Source: an uncultured Gemmatimonadales bacterium (lineage in GTDB: Bacteria > Gemmatimonadota > Gemmatimonadetes > Gemmatimonadales > GWC2-71-9). From it: a DNA stretch of 64,000 nucleotides. Position 1 is the first letter of the stretch. Each line of letters starts with the position of its first letter. The stretch lies in assembly GCA_963748815.1 (NCBI GenBank), contig CAVVKJ010000010.1, forward strand, positions 320,001-384,000. Direction: 5' to 3'. The notes beneath the pieces are model-generated. The model saw nothing but the letters and a program-made list of their open reading frames with translations, searched no databases and was not told where the DNA came from. Made by a program: the position numbers and the translations under genes. Positions 23,435-34,741 of the stretch are shown here, one piece after another.

Positions 23435-25909
23435 ATGAACGGCTACAACTTCACTGACCGCGTCCGGAAGGTCCTGCAGATGGCCCGCGAAGAGGCGGCC
23501 CGCCTGCACCACGAGTACGTCGGCACCGAGCACATTCTCCTCGGCCTCATCCGCGAGGGGGAGGGCGTCGCTGCCGGCGTGCTGCAGAACCTGAATGTGG
23601 ACCTCGAGGACATCCAGCAGAAAATCGAGGAGACGGTCAAGCGCGGGAAGGCGGCGGCCGCCGCCGGCCCCGACCTGCCGTACACCTCGCGCGCCAAGAA
23701 GGTGCTCGAACTGGCGATGGTCGAGGCCCGCGAGCTGAACCATTCCTACGTCGGCACCGAGCACCTCCTGCTCGGGCTGCTGCGCGAGGAGAAGGGCATC
23801 GCCGCGCAGGTGCTCGCCGACGCCGGCGTCAGCCTGGAGCAGTCGCGCGCCGAGACGCTCCGGCTCCTCGGCAGCGACCTGCCGGCGCCGACCAGCGCCG
23901 CGCCGACCGGGGCAGCCGCAGCCGGCCGCCAAGTCCGAGAAGAAGTCCAAGACGCCGGCGCTCGACCATTTCTGCCGCGACCTGACGCAGCTCGCCGCGG
24001 ACAGACCAGCTCGACCCCACGATCGGCCGCGCGACCGAGATCGAGCGGGTCATGGAAATCCTGGCGCGCCGCAAGAAGAACAACCCGGTCCTCATCGGCG
24101 AGCCCGGCGTCGGCAAGACGGCCATCGTGGAGGGGCTCGCGCTCCTCATCGCGAGCGGCCAGTGCCCCGACGTCCTCCGGGATCACCGCGTCCTGTCCCT
24201 CGACATGGCGGCGGTCATCGCCGGCACGAAGTACCGGGGGCAGTTCGAGGAGCGGCTCAAGGCGGTCATGAACGAGATCGCCCAGAACCGCCACGTCATG
24301 CTGTTCATCGACGAGCTGCACACCCTCGTGGGGGCGGGCGCCGCCGAAGGCGCCATCGACGCCTCGAACATGCTGAAGCCCGCGCTGGCCCGCGGCGAGC
24401 TCCAGTGCGTCGGCGCGTCGACGCTGAACGAGTACCGGAAGTACATCGAGAAGGACGGTGCCCTCGAGCGCCGGTTCCAGACGGTCGTCGTGGAGCCGCC
24501 CTCGATCGACGAGACCTTCGAGATCCTGAAGGGGCTCCGCAAGAAGTACGAGGACCATCACCGGGTGAGCATTCCCGACGAGACCCTCAAGGCCGCGGCG
24601 CAGCTCTCCGAGCGCTACATCACCGACCGGTTCCTGCCGGACAAGGCCATCGACGTCATCGACGAGGCGGGCGCCCGCGCCCGGCTCGCCTCGCAGGCGC
24701 CGCCGCCCGAGGTGGCCGCGCTCAAGGGCGACCTCGACAAGGTCAACACCGACAAGGAAGAGGCGGTCCGCGACCAGAACTTCGAGCGCGCCGCGTCGCT
24801 GCGCGACCGGGAGCGCGACCTCCAGAACCAGATCCGCCTCCGGCAGGAGGAATGGGAGAAGGACCGGCAGACCCGCCGCCCGATCATCGACGAGGAGGCG
24901 ATCGCCTTCATCGTCTCCCGCTGGACCGGCATTCCCGTGACCCGGATCCAGGAGGCGGAGGCGTCGCGCCTGCTCCGGATGGAGGAGGAAATCCACGAGG
25001 CGGTCGTCGGCCAGGACGAGGCGATCCGGGCGGTGTCCCGGGCCATCCGCCGCTCCCGCGCCGGCCTCAAGGATCCCAACCGTCCGATCGGGTCGTTCAT
25101 CTTCTCCGGCCCCACCGGCGTCGGCAAGACGGAACTGGCGCGCGCGCTGGCCAAGTTCCTCTTCGCCGACCCGTCGGCGCTCATCCGGGTCGACATGTCG
25201 GAGTACATGGAGAAGTTCTCCGTCTCCCGCCTGATCGGCGCCCCGCCGGGCTACGTGGGCTACGAGGACTCGGGCACGCTGACGAAGCGGTGCGGCGCAA
25301 GCCGTACTCGGTGGTCCTCCTCGACGAGATCGAGAAGGCGCACCCCGACGTGTTCAACATCCTGCTGCAGGTGCTCGACGAGGGGCACCTGACCGACAAC
25401 TACGGCCGCGTCATCGACTTCAAGAACACCGTGGTCATCATGACCTCGAACGTCGGGGCCCGGGACATCACGCAAGGCCAAGACGCTCGGCTTTCACACG
25501 CAGGACGCCGCGGCGTCGTTCGAGACGATGGCCGGACAAGGTCAAGGAGGAGATGGCGAAGGTCTTCAACCCGGAGTTCCTCAACCGCCTCGACGACGTG
25601 ATCGTCTTCCACCCGCTCGGGCGGGAGCACATCGCCGAGATCGTCAGCATCCTGCTGCGCGAGGTCGCGCGGCGCCTCGGCGACGAGGTGCGGCTGACGC
25701 AGGCGGCGACCGACTTCCTCGCGGAGCAGGGCTACGACCAGCAGTACGGCGCCCGCCCGCTCAAGCGCGCCATTCAGAAGTTCGTGGAGGATCCGTTGAG
25801 CGAGAAGATCCTGCTCGGCGAGATCGGCCGGGGCGACGAGATCGAAGTCGATCTCGCGGCCGACGGCAAGTCGCTGGCGTTCCGCGCCCTGACCGGAACC
25901 CAGGCCTGA
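23435..25909 (+). CDS. clpC: ATP-dependent Clp protease ATPase ClpC; several apparent indels (~23925, ~24000, ~25287, ~25477, ~25533)
   Basis: Two Clp_N repeats, [12 protein letters not shown] domain, [23 protein letters not shown] across frames. Confidence 0.9.
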
Positions 25910-25974
25910 GTCGTGCGAGGCCGGTCGCCCTCACGGTGGGGGCGGCTGACCGCGCGTCCGGACGCCCTCCCCTG

Positions 25975-28350
25975 ATGCTTCGTCGCTGCATCCCCCTGCT
26001 GGTCGTTCTCGTCCTGGCAGCGCACCCGCTGCGCGGCCAGGACATGTCGTCGCCCCCGGTGGACAGCCTGGTGGTCGAGGGCAACGCCCGCATCACCACC
26101 GAACAGATCATCGGGACCTCCGGCCTGGTCCTCCACCAGCCGGTCACCTACCGCGACATCCAGCGCGCCATCAACGGGCTCTACCAGACCGGGCAGTTCG
26201 ACGACGTGCGGGTGGAACAGCGCGAGGCGAACGGCCTGCTGATCCTGGTGATCGTCGTGAAGGAGCGCCCGATCCTCTCGGGCTGGAGCCTGCTCGGCGT
26301 CCGGCAGCTGTCGGAGCAGTCGGTGCGCGACCGGATCACCCTCGTCATCGGTCGCCCGCTCGACCGCAGCGCCGTGGCGCACAGCCGGGCGAGCATCGAT
26401 TCGGCCTACGCCGACCGGGGGTTCTTCCAGGCCCGGACCACCGTCACCGAGTTCGCGCAGCCGGACGGGTCGGTGCAGCTGGTCTTCCAGGTGATCGAGG
26501 GGATGCGGATCACCATCAGCCAGATCCTGGTCGAGGGCAACGAGCGCTTCACCGACAAGGAAGTCGCCAAGCACATGTCGACGAAGCCGGAAGGCTTCCT
26601 CTGGTACAAGAAGGGCAGTTACGACGAGGATCAGGTCGAGTCGGACATCCGGCAGCAGTTGCCGCAGTTTTACGGCTCGAAGGGCATGATCGACTTCCAG
26701 GTGGTCCGCGACACCGTGCTCGCTGACCCGGAGACCGGCAAGGCCGCGCTCTCCCTGACGGTGGAGGAAGGTCGGGTCTATTACGTCGGCACGATGGACC
26801 TGATCGGCAACCGTCGCTATTCCGCGGATGAGATCGGGGCCTTCTACCCCTTCGGCGGCGCCGAGGCCCTGCGGTCCGGGAAGCCGGTCGCGAGCACGCC
26901 GTTCGACCGGTCCGCCTGGGAGGCGGCCACCACGCGGCTCAAGGATCTCTACCTGAACACGGGGTACATCTATTCGCGGGTGACGCCCGAGGAGAGCCGC
27001 CGGATTGCGGAGGACGGCACCCCCACCGTCGACCTGCGGTGGCGGATCGAGGAGGGCGCGCCGGCTACCGTCAACCGGATCATGATCGTCGGCAACGACG
27101 TCACGCACGAGTCGGTTATCCGGGCGGCAATCGTCATCCTGCCCGGCTCGGTGTTCAACCGCGACCTGTTGATTCGCAGCTACCAGAACATCATGAATCT
27201 CGGCTTCTTCCAGCCGCTGCCGCCGCCCGACGTGGCGCCGTCGGAGAACGGCCAGGACGTCGACATCACCTTCACCGTCATCGAGAAGCGCACCGGCAAC
27301 GTCAACTTCGGCGCCTCGCTGGGACAGGGGACGGGGCTGGGCGGCTTCCTCGGCCTCGAGGAACCGAACCTCTTCGGCCTCGGCAAGCGGGGCAAGTTCC
27401 AGTGGCAGTTCGGCAAGAACATCAACGACTTCAACCTGTCGTACACCGACCCCTCGATCCAGGGGTCCCGGGTCTCCGGCACCATCGCGCTCTTCAATTC
27501 GCGCCAGCGCTACATCATCGGCGACCTCGGGCGCCGGCAGCAGGCGGGCGGCTCGCTCCAGGTGGGCTTCCCGGTCTTCGGCTCCCGGTACACGCGCCTC
27601 TTCACCTCGTACAGCCTGATGCAGATCAGCTACATCGGCGGGTCGGTCAGCCTGCGGGAGCGCTACAGCTGCGATCAGTGCGGCAAGTCGACCCTCGGCT
27701 TCAGCCTGGTGCGCGACACCCGCGTCGGGCTGCCCTTCGCCACGGGCGGCACCCGGACGACCACCAACCTCGAGTTCACCGGCGGAATCCTCGGCGGCGA
27801 CGGCGACTTCCAGAAGCTCGAGTACGAGGGCCAGTGGTACGTGCCACTCGGCGGCATGGGCGGGACGCCGCAGCTCGGGACCGGGATCAAGTTCGTGCTC
27901 GGGCTCACGGCCAAGGCGGGGTGGATCTTCGGCGACGCCGGCCCGTTCTTCACGGACCTCTACTCCATGGGCGGCGTCCAGTACGGCATCCCGCTCCGCG
28001 GTTACGAGGAGTTCTCGATCACGCCGGACGGGTACAACCCCTTCTCGAGCTCCAGCCGGGCCAGCCCCAACGCGTTCGGGCAGTCGTATGCCGCCTTTAC
28101 CGCCGAACTCGGGGCGCGGATGAGCCAGTCGCTCTACGTCAACGCCTTCTTCGATGCCGGCAACGTCTACCGGACCCCGTCGCAGTTCGACCCGGCCCGC
28201 CTCTACCGCGGGGTGGGCGTTGGAGTAGCTTTGATCTCACCGCTGGGACCGATCGGCATCGACCTGGCCTACGGGATCGACCGGCTGGACATCCAGGGCC
28301 AACCGGCCCCGGGGTGGAAGTTGCACTTCAAGATCGGCAACATTTTCTGA
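25975..28350 (+). CDS. bamA: Outer membrane protein assembly factor BamA
   Basis: Signal peptide, POTRA repeats (VEGN, GN..T), LRGY motif, SPLGP...D.AYG, C-terminal F. Confidence 0.92.
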   Translation: MLRRCIPLLVVLVLAAHPLRGQDMSSPPVDSLVVEGNARITTEQIIGTSGLVLHQPVTYRDIQRAINGLYQTGQFDDVRVEQREANGLLILVIVVKERPILSGWSLLGVRQLSEQSVRDRITLVIGRPLDRSAVAHSRASIDSAYADRGFFQARTTVTEFAQPDGSVQLVFQVIEGMRITISQILVEGNERFTDKEVAKHMSTKPEGFLWYKKGSYDEDQVESDIRQQLPQFYGSKGMIDFQVVRDTVLADPETGKAALSLTVEEGRVYYVGTMDLIGNRRYSADEIGAFYPFGGAEALRSGKPVASTPFDRSAWEAATTRLKDLYLNTGYIYSRVTPEESRRIAEDGTPTVDLRWRIEEGAPATVNRIMIVGNDVTHESVIRAAIVILPGSVFNRDLLIRSYQNIMNLGFFQPLPPPDVAPSENGQDVDITFTVIEKRTGNVNFGASLGQGTGLGGFLGLEEPNLFGLGKRGKFQWQFGKNINDFNLSYTDPSIQGSRVSGTIALFNSRQRYIIGDLGRRQQAGGSLQVGFPVFGSRYTRLFTSYSLMQISYIGGSVSLRERYSCDQCGKSTLGFSLVRDTRVGLPFATGGTRTTTNLEFTGGILGGDGDFQKLEYEGQWYVPLGGMGGTPQLGTGIKFVLGLTAKAGWIFGDAGPFFTDLYSMGGVQYGIPLRGYEEFSITPDGYNPFSSSSRASPNAFGQSYAAFTAELGARMSQSLYVNAFFDAGNVYRTPSQFDPARLYRGVGVGVALISPLGPIGIDLAYGIDRLDIQGQPAPGWKLHFKIGNIF

Positions 28351-28394
28351 TGGCTGCAGGTTCATATTCACGGACAATCATGCAGGAGTACACG

Positions 28395-28934
28395 ATGGGA
28401 CGTCTTCTCACTACGCTTTCTCTTGCCGGGCTCGTGACCGGCCTGGTGGCGGCGCCGGCGACGGCGCAGCAGACCGCCGGCAAGGTCGCCTTCATCAACT
28501 CCCGGCTCGTGCTGGCTGCCGCCCCCGGATACGCCAAGGCGGAGTCGCTCTATGCCGGTGAAGTGGCCGGCTATCGGATCGAAGTCCAGAAGCTCCAGGC
28601 CAGCCTCGATTCCTCGGTGCAGGCCTTCCAGCAGAGCTCGGTCGTGCTGAGCCCGTCGGCGCGCACCGCCAAGCAGAAGGACCTCGAGGCCCAGCAGCAG
28701 CGGCTGGAGCAGCGGATGCAGGAGCTGCAGGACAAGGCCGTGCAGCGCGAGCGCGACCTGCTCGAGCCGATCCAGCAGCGGGTGACCTCGGTCGTCGAAG
28801 GGGTGCGTGCCGCGGGCGGCTACGCCATGATCTTCGATGTCGGGGTGCAGAACTCCGGGGTCGTCGCGGCCGACCGCTCGCTGGACCTGACCCAAAAGGT
28901 CATCGACCAGCTGAAGGCCGGCGGCGGCAGCTGA
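28395..28934 (+). CDS. skp: OmpH/Skp periplasmic chaperone
   Basis: Signal peptide, KVAFIN, long coiled coil, DLTQKVI; AGGAG SD; bamA-skp-lpxD synteny. Confidence 0.88.
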   Translation: MGRLLTTLSLAGLVTGLVAAPATAQQTAGKVAFINSRLVLAAAPGYAKAESLYAGEVAGYRIEVQKLQASLDSSVQAFQQSSVVLSPSARTAKQKDLEAQQQRLEQRMQELQDKAVQRERDLLEPIQQRVTSVVEGVRAAGGYAMIFDVGVQNSGVVAADRSLDLTQKVIDQLKAGGGS

Positions 28935-28938
28935 GAAG

Positions 28939-29974
28939 GTGACCATCACCACCCTCACGGCACAGGCGGTCGCTGACCTTGTCGGCGGCCGCCTGCTTGG
29001 CAATGGGGCGCTCCCGCTCTCCGCGATCGGCCCGCTGGACCGGGCCGACGGCCGCACGCTGTCGTTCCTGAGCGGCCCCCGGTACCTGGCGATGTTCCAT
29101 CGCTCGGCGGCCGGCGCGGTGCTGCTGCGCGAGGACGACGCCGACGCACGCCGAGGGTCCCGCCACCCGGATCGTCGTGGAGGATCCGGCGCAGGCGCTG
29201 TTGCGCGTCGTGCCCGCGCTCTTTCCGGAGTCCTCACCGACGTGGGGGGTGGATCCGACGGCCGTCATCGGCCGCGGGGCGCGCTGGGAGGGCGAGGTGT
29301 CCATCGGTCCCCACGCCGTGCTCGGACGGGACGTCCGGCTCGGCTCCCGCTGTCGGATCGGGGCGGGGGTCGTGCTGCACGACGGCGTCGTGGTCGGCGA
29401 TGACTGCGACATCGGGACCAACAGCGTGTGCCACGAAGGCACCCGTCTCGGCCACCGGGTGCGGCTCAAGGCCCTCGCGGTCGTCGGGGGCGACGGGTTC
29501 GGCTTCGCCTCCGGCCCGGAGGGCCATCGCGCCATCCGCCACATCGGCGGCTGCATCCTCGAGGACGATGTGCAGGTCGGCTCGCACTCGGCCATCGATC
29601 GCGGGAGCCTGGACGACACCGTCATCGGGGCCGGCACGAAAATCGACAACCAGGTGCACATTGCGCACAACGTCCGGATGGGCCGCGGCTGCCTGATCAT
29701 GGCCGGGGTCGGTGTCGCCGGAAGCACTCGGCTCGGGGACGGAGTCATCCTGGCCGGCCAGGTCGGGGTGGTCGGGCATGTGACCCTGGGCGACGGGGTG
29801 CGTGTCAGCGCCCAGTCCGGCATCGGGCAGGACGTGCCTGCCAGGACGGACATGGGGGGAAGTCCGGCGCGCCGTCAGCGCGACTATCTCCGTGCCCAGT
29901 CCGCCCTCTACCGGGTGGCCAAGATCATCAGCCAGCTCGAAGAACTTGTCGCGAAGCGAGGTGACCGTGGCTAG
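28939..29974 (+). CDS. lpxD: UDP-3-O-acylglucosamine N-acyltransferase; apparent indel near 29148
   Basis: LSFL N-domain, hexapeptide repeats, GGDGFGF, IDRG..DTVIG.GTKIDNQV.IAHN. Confidence 0.9.
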
Positions 29975-31244
29975 ACGTACGATTGCGCGGGAGGCGGTGC
30001 TCAGCGGAGCCGGACTCCATACTGGCGCCCAGGTGACCGCCACCTTCCGCCCGGCCCCCGCGGGGCGGCGGGTGGTCTTCCGCCGCACCGACCTGCCGGG
30101 GACCCCGGAAATTGCGGCGCGTCTCGAGGAGGTTGAAGCTACCGACCGGCGCACCGTCCTTGGCCAGGGCGACCAGGCGATCCACACCGTCGAGCACGTT
30201 CTGGCGGCGGTGGCTGCGCTCGGCCTCGACGACCTCTATATCGACCTCGACGGCCCGGAGCCGCCTGCGCTCGACGGGTCCTTCCAGCCCTGGTTCGAGG
30301 CGCTGCAAGGCGCCGGTGAGCAGATGCAGGACGGCGACCCGGTCACCTACCGGGTCCTCGCCCCGTTTACCGTCACGGAGGGGGGCTCGAGCTACGTCGT
30401 CTCCCCCGCCGGCGTCGGCCGGGTCACCGTCGCCATCGACTTCCCGCATCCGCTGATCGGCTCCCAGGCCGGCAGTTACGAAGTCACTCCGGACGTCTTC
30501 GGGCGGGAGCTGGCCGGCGCCCGGACCTTCGGGTTCGTGCACGAGGTCGAGGGCCTCAAGTCGAAGGGGCTGATCCAGGGGGCGACGACCGCCAACGCGG
30601 TCGTGCTGACCGACACCGGGCTGGTGGAGGGGACGACGCTTCGCTGGCCCGACGAATTCGTCCGCCACAAGGCCGCCGATCTCATCGGCGACCTCGCCCT
30701 GATCGGCGGACGGGTGCAGGCCCACATCGTGGCCACCCGCCCCAGCCACCAGGGGAACATCGCACTCGCCCGTGCCATTGCGCGGACCGGACAGCGGGAG
30801 GGTGGGATCGCGATGGACATCGGTCGCATCCTCGACGTCATTCCGCATCGCTATCCGTTCCTCCTCGTCGATCGCATCATCGAGATCGAGGGGAAGAAGC
30901 GCATCGTCGGCATCAAGAACGTCACCATCAACGAGCCGTTCTTCCAGGGGCATTTCCCTGGGCACCCGATCATGCCCGGCGTGCTCATCATCGAGGCGAT
31001 GGCCCAGGTGGGCGGGATGCTGGTGCTCGGTTCGCTGGTCGAGATGAACGAGGAGAAGGTCATCTACTTCATGTCGCTCGACAAGGTGAAGTTCCGGCGG
31101 CCGGTGCTGCCCGGAGACCAGCTGCGCTTCGAACTCGAGATGGTGCAGTTCCGCGGCAAGACCTGCAAGATGCAGGGCGTGGCCTACGTCGACGGCAAGG
31201 TGGCCGTCGAGGCCGAGATGATGGCGGCCGTGGTGGACCGGTGA
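29967..31244 (+). CDS. lpxC: Bifunctional LpxC deacetylase / FabZ dehydratase
   Basis: [31 protein letters not shown], then [33 protein letters not shown]. Confidence 0.93.
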   Translation: MARRTIAREAVLSGAGLHTGAQVTATFRPAPAGRRVVFRRTDLPGTPEIAARLEEVEATDRRTVLGQGDQAIHTVEHVLAAVAALGLDDLYIDLDGPEPPALDGSFQPWFEALQGAGEQMQDGDPVTYRVLAPFTVTEGGSSYVVSPAGVGRVTVAIDFPHPLIGSQAGSYEVTPDVFGRELAGARTFGFVHEVEGLKSKGLIQGATTANAVVLTDTGLVEGTTLRWPDEFVRHKAADLIGDLALIGGRVQAHIVATRPSHQGNIALARAIARTGQREGGIAMDIGRILDVIPHRYPFLLVDRIIEIEGKKRIVGIKNVTINEPFFQGHFPGHPIMPGVLIIEAMAQVGGMLVLGSLVEMNEEKVIYFMSLDKVKFRRPVLPGDQLRFELEMVQFRGKTCKMQGVAYVDGKVAVEAEMMAAVVDR

Positions 31245-32017
31245 CTTCCCGCATCCACCCCACGGCTCTGGTGGATGAGGGCGCGCAGCTGGGGCAGGGG
31301 GTCGAGGTGGGGCCGTTCGCGATCATCGGCCCGGATGTCGTGGTCGGGGAGGGATGCCGCATCGGTCCGCACGCCGTCCTGGAGCGCTATGTCCGGCTCG
31401 CGCCGCGTGTCTCGGTGGGCGTGGGGTCGGTGCTCGGCGGCCCCCCGCAGGACTTCAAGTTCAAGGACGAGGAAACCTGGGTGGAGGTGGGGGAGGGGAC
31501 CGTCATCCGCGAGTATGTCACGGTCAACCGGGGCACGGCGGCCACCGGCAAGACGGTCATCGGCGGCAGCTGCTTCCTGATGTCCTACGTGCACGTGGCC
31601 CACGACTGTCGGGTCGGCGACCGGGTCATCATCGCGAACAGCACCCAGATCGCCGGTCACGTCACCATCCACGACTACGCGAACCTGAGCGGTTTGGCCG
31701 CGGTCCACCAGTTCGTGACCATCGGGAGCTACGCCTTCGTCAGCGGGTGCACCCGGGTCAACCAGGACGTCCCGCCATACGTGAAAGCCGCCGGCAATCC
31801 GATGGAGCTCTACGGGCTCAACTCGATCGGCCTGCAGCGCGCCGGCTTTGCCCCGCAGACGATCGCCGGGTTGAAGCGCGCCTACCGGTTGTTCTTCAAC
31901 TCCGACCTCAACCTCGGCCAGGCCATCGAGCGGGCCCGGCTCGACCTTCCGGATCTTCCCGAAATCGACCGCTTCATCGGGTTTGTCGAGTCCTCGGCGC
32001 GGGGCGTGCCGGCGTGA
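31241..32017 (+). CDS. lpxA: Acyl-ACP--UDP-N-acetylglucosamine O-acyltransferase
   Basis: IHPTA, PQD.KF, IREYVT.NRGT, HVAHDC, VHQF, GLN.IGL.R. Confidence 0.95.
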   Translation: MTSRIHPTALVDEGAQLGQGVEVGPFAIIGPDVVVGEGCRIGPHAVLERYVRLAPRVSVGVGSVLGGPPQDFKFKDEETWVEVGEGTVIREYVTVNRGTAATGKTVIGGSCFLMSYVHVAHDCRVGDRVIIANSTQIAGHVTIHDYANLSGLAAVHQFVTIGSYAFVSGCTRVNQDVPPYVKAAGNPMELYGLNSIGLQRAGFAPQTIAGLKRAYRLFFNSDLNLGQAIERARLDLPDLPEIDRFIGFVESSARGVPA

Positions 32018-32970
32018 ACTCGCCGCTTCCCGTCGGCGTGATCGGGGTCGGCGCGCTCGGCCGCCACCACGCCCGGCACCTCGCCACGCTCGAAGGCGTG
32101 CGCCTCGTCGGCGTGTACGACGCCAACCCGGAGACCGCCGCGCGGGTCGCCGCAGAGGTCGGCGCCCCCGTCATCGCCGAAGTCGACGCCCTGCTGGGGC
32201 TGGCAAAGGCGGTGTCCATCGCGGTGCCGACTTCCGTGCACGGCGAGGTCGGCCTCCGCGCGCTGGAGCGCGGCGTGTCGGTGCTGATGGAGAAGCCCCT
32301 CGCCGCAACGCTGGCCGAGGCCGAGGCGCTGGTGGCCGCCGCCGAGGGCGCCGGCGTCGTCCTGCATGTCGGGCAGATCGAGCGGTACAACCGAGCGGTC
32401 CGCGCCGCGTTGCCGGCGGTGGAGAACCCCCGGTACATCGAGATGGAGCGCATCGCGCCGTATTCGCCGCGGGGGACGGACGTCTCCGTGGTGCTCGACC
32501 TCATGATCCACGATCTCGACCTGCTGCTGGCGCTCACCGGGTCGCCGGCCGTCACCGACGTCCGTGCCATCGGCTCGGCCGTCCTGTCGGCCCACCTCGA
32601 CATGGTGAACGCCCGGCTCGAACTCCCCGGCGGGACGGTGGCGTCGATCACCGCCTCCCGGATCGGGCGCCACCGGGTGCGCCGGGTGCGAATCTACCAG
32701 GACACGGGGTACCTGACGCTCGATCTTTCCACCGGACACGCCACCTTCCTGCGGGTCCGCCCGAGCTGGAAACGCGGGACCGGGACGAGCCTCGAGGAGG
32801 TCGTCGAGGAAATCGTGCTCGAGGCGCCCGAGGGCGACGCGCTGCGGCTCGAGCTGACGGAATTTGTGCGAGCAGTGCGCCGGGAGCCGAATCGGGGAGT
32901 GACGGGCGTGGAGGGCCGGGCAGCGCTCGACCTCGCGCTGCGCGTCGGCGCGGTGGTGCGCGCGACATGA
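32014..32970 (+). CDS. Gfo/Idh/MocA oxidoreductase, GnnA-like (UDP-GlcNAc 3-dehydrogenase candidate)
   Basis: GVGALG..H, EKP, ERYN, RGTDVSVVLDLMIHDLD; located between lpxA and lpxB. Confidence 0.75.
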   Translation: MNSPLPVGVIGVGALGRHHARHLATLEGVRLVGVYDANPETAARVAAEVGAPVIAEVDALLGLAKAVSIAVPTSVHGEVGLRALERGVSVLMEKPLAATLAEAEALVAAAEGAGVVLHVGQIERYNRAVRAALPAVENPRYIEMERIAPYSPRGTDVSVVLDLMIHDLDLLLALTGSPAVTDVRAIGSAVLSAHLDMVNARLELPGGTVASITASRIGRHRVRRVRIYQDTGYLTLDLSTGHATFLRVRPSWKRGTGTSLEEVVEEIVLEAPEGDALRLELTEFVRAVRREPNRGVTGVEGRAALDLALRVGAVVRAT

Positions 32971-34085
32971 CCGAACGCGCCCCCCGGATCCTGGTGTCCG
33001 CGGGGGAACCATCGGGGGACTTGCACGGTGCCGAGGTGGTGCGCGCACTTCGGGCGCGCTGGCCGTCGGCGACCATCGACGGGGTCGGCGGGCCGGACAT
33101 GGCGGCCGCGGGGGCCGAGCTCCTCTTTCCGATGGAGCGGCTCAGCGCGATGGGCGCGGTCGAGATCGTGCGCCGCATCCCCGCCCACGTCGAGCTGTAT
33201 CGGCGGCTCAAGTCCGACTTCGCCCGGCGGCGGTGGGACTTGTACCTGCCCATCGACTATCCGGGCTTTCATCTGCGCACCGCACCGGCGGCGCGGCGCG
33301 CCGGGGCCAAGGTCCTGTACTACATCCCGCCGCAGCTCTGGGCGTGGCGGCCTGGCCGGGCCCGCGCGCTGCAGGAAGCGGTCGACCGGCTCGCCGTGGT
33401 GCTGCCCTTCGAGCCGGCGTTCTTCGGCGGCCTGGGCCTGTCGGCGGACTATGTGGGTCATCCGCTGCTCGACCGTTCGCCGCCTCCGACGCGCGGGGCG
33501 GCCCGTGCGGCGCTCGGCATCGGGCCGGAGGCGCGGGTGCTGGCCCTTTTTCCCGGGAGCCGGGCGCAGGAGGTCCGCAGTCACTGGGGCACCTTCCTGG
33601 CGGTCGCCGATCGACTGCGGGCCGAGGGCCGATGCGACGTGGCGGTGGTCGCGGTGACGCCGGCGGGGAGCTATCCCGACCCGGGCGGCGCGCTGCTCCA
33701 TGCCGATGGCCGGACGGTGCTGGCGGCCGCGGACGCCTGCCTGGCCAAGTCGGGCACCACGACGCTCGAAGCGGCGCTGGCCGACGTCCCGATGGCGGTG
33801 GCCTACCGGATGCACCCGCTGACCTTTGCGGTGGCCCGGCGGCTGGTGACGGTGGAATGGGTCAGCCTCGTCAACCTCATCGCCGGGCGTGAAGTGGTGC
33901 CGGAGTTCCTGCAGGAGGCGATGAGCGTGCCGGCGCTGACCGCGACGCTGCGCGACCTCCTGACGCCCGACCATCCGGCGCGACTGGCCCAGCGTGCCGC
34001 GCTGGCTGAGGTGCGCGGGCGGCTCGGCACGCCGGGGGCGTCGGCGCGGGTGGCCGGGATGGCGGCGGAGTTGCTCGCCCGGTGA
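32967..34085 (+). CDS. lpxB: Lipid-A-disaccharide synthase
   Basis: AGEPSGD, IDYPGFH, YYIPPQLWAWR, LPFE, VGHPL, PGSR.QE, SGTTTLE. Confidence 0.95.
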   Translation: MTERAPRILVSAGEPSGDLHGAEVVRALRARWPSATIDGVGGPDMAAAGAELLFPMERLSAMGAVEIVRRIPAHVELYRRLKSDFARRRWDLYLPIDYPGFHLRTAPAARRAGAKVLYYIPPQLWAWRPGRARALQEAVDRLAVVLPFEPAFFGGLGLSADYVGHPLLDRSPPPTRGAARAALGIGPEARVLALFPGSRAQEVRSHWGTFLAVADRLRAEGRCDVAVVAVTPAGSYPDPGGALLHADGRTVLAAADACLAKSGTTTLEAALADVPMAVAYRMHPLTFAVARRLVTVEWVSLVNLIAGREVVPEFLQEAMSVPALTATLRDLLTPDHPARLAQRAALAEVRGRLGTPGASARVAGMAAELLAR

Positions 34086-34741
34086 AGATCAAGGTGCCAC
34101 CGACGGTGGTCGACTGGATCGCGCGGCCGGTCGCGCGCGCGGTGGCGGCGACCTGGCGCTTCGAGCACGTGAACCGCGAGGCCTGGGACGGGCTCGTGGA
34201 GGGGCGGACCGGGTTTGCCTGCATGCTGTGGCACGAGACGCTGCTGCCGCTGCTCTGGCACCACCGCGACGCCAACGCGGTGATCGTGGTCAGCCAGGCC
34301 CGCGACGGGCAGTACCTCTCCGATTTCGCCGAATCGATCGGGTACCGGCTGGTGCGGGGGTCGAGCTCGCGGGGAGCGGTCGGCGCGCTGATCGCCGCCG
34401 CGAGGGAGCTTGAGCGGGGGACGATCGTGGCGTTGACGCCGGATGGCCCGCGCGGACCGCGCCGCGACATGAAGCCCGGTGTGCTGGCGGCGGCGCAACG
34501 CGCGGGGGTGCCGGTCCTCCCGGTCTTTGCCGAAGTCAGGTCGGCGTGGCGGCTAGATTCATGGGATCGATTCTGCATCCCGAAGCCGTTTGCGAAGGTG
34601 CGGGTGGCGTACGGCAGGCCGCTGCGGGTGGCGCCGGGGGCGGATCAGCTGGCGGCGGCGGTCGCGCAGGCGCGAGATTCCATGGACGAGGTCGAGAGGA
34701 TGGCGCAATGGCCCGACGGCACGGCGACACGCACCGGCTGA
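34082..34741 (+). CDS. DUF374 / lysophospholipid acyltransferase-like protein
   Basis: LWH, VS..RDG, VRGSSSRG, TPDGPRGP, SWDRF.IPKPF. Confidence 0.82.
   Translation: MKIKVPPTVVDWIARPVARAVAATWRFEHVNREAWDGLVEGRTGFACMLWHETLLPLLWHHRDANAVIVVSQARDGQYLSDFAESIGYRLVRGSSSRGAVGALIAAARELERGTIVALTPDGPRGPRRDMKPGVLAAAQRAGVPVLPVFAEVRSAWRLDSWDRFCIPKPFAKVRVAYGRPLRVAPGADQLAAAVAQARDSMDEVERMAQWPDGTATRTG

Noticed and set aside
25528..25974. N-terminal extension on BamA suggesting a ClpC-BamA link
   Set aside because: This is an off-frame overlap of the clpC 3' end. A good signal peptide starts at ATG 25975.
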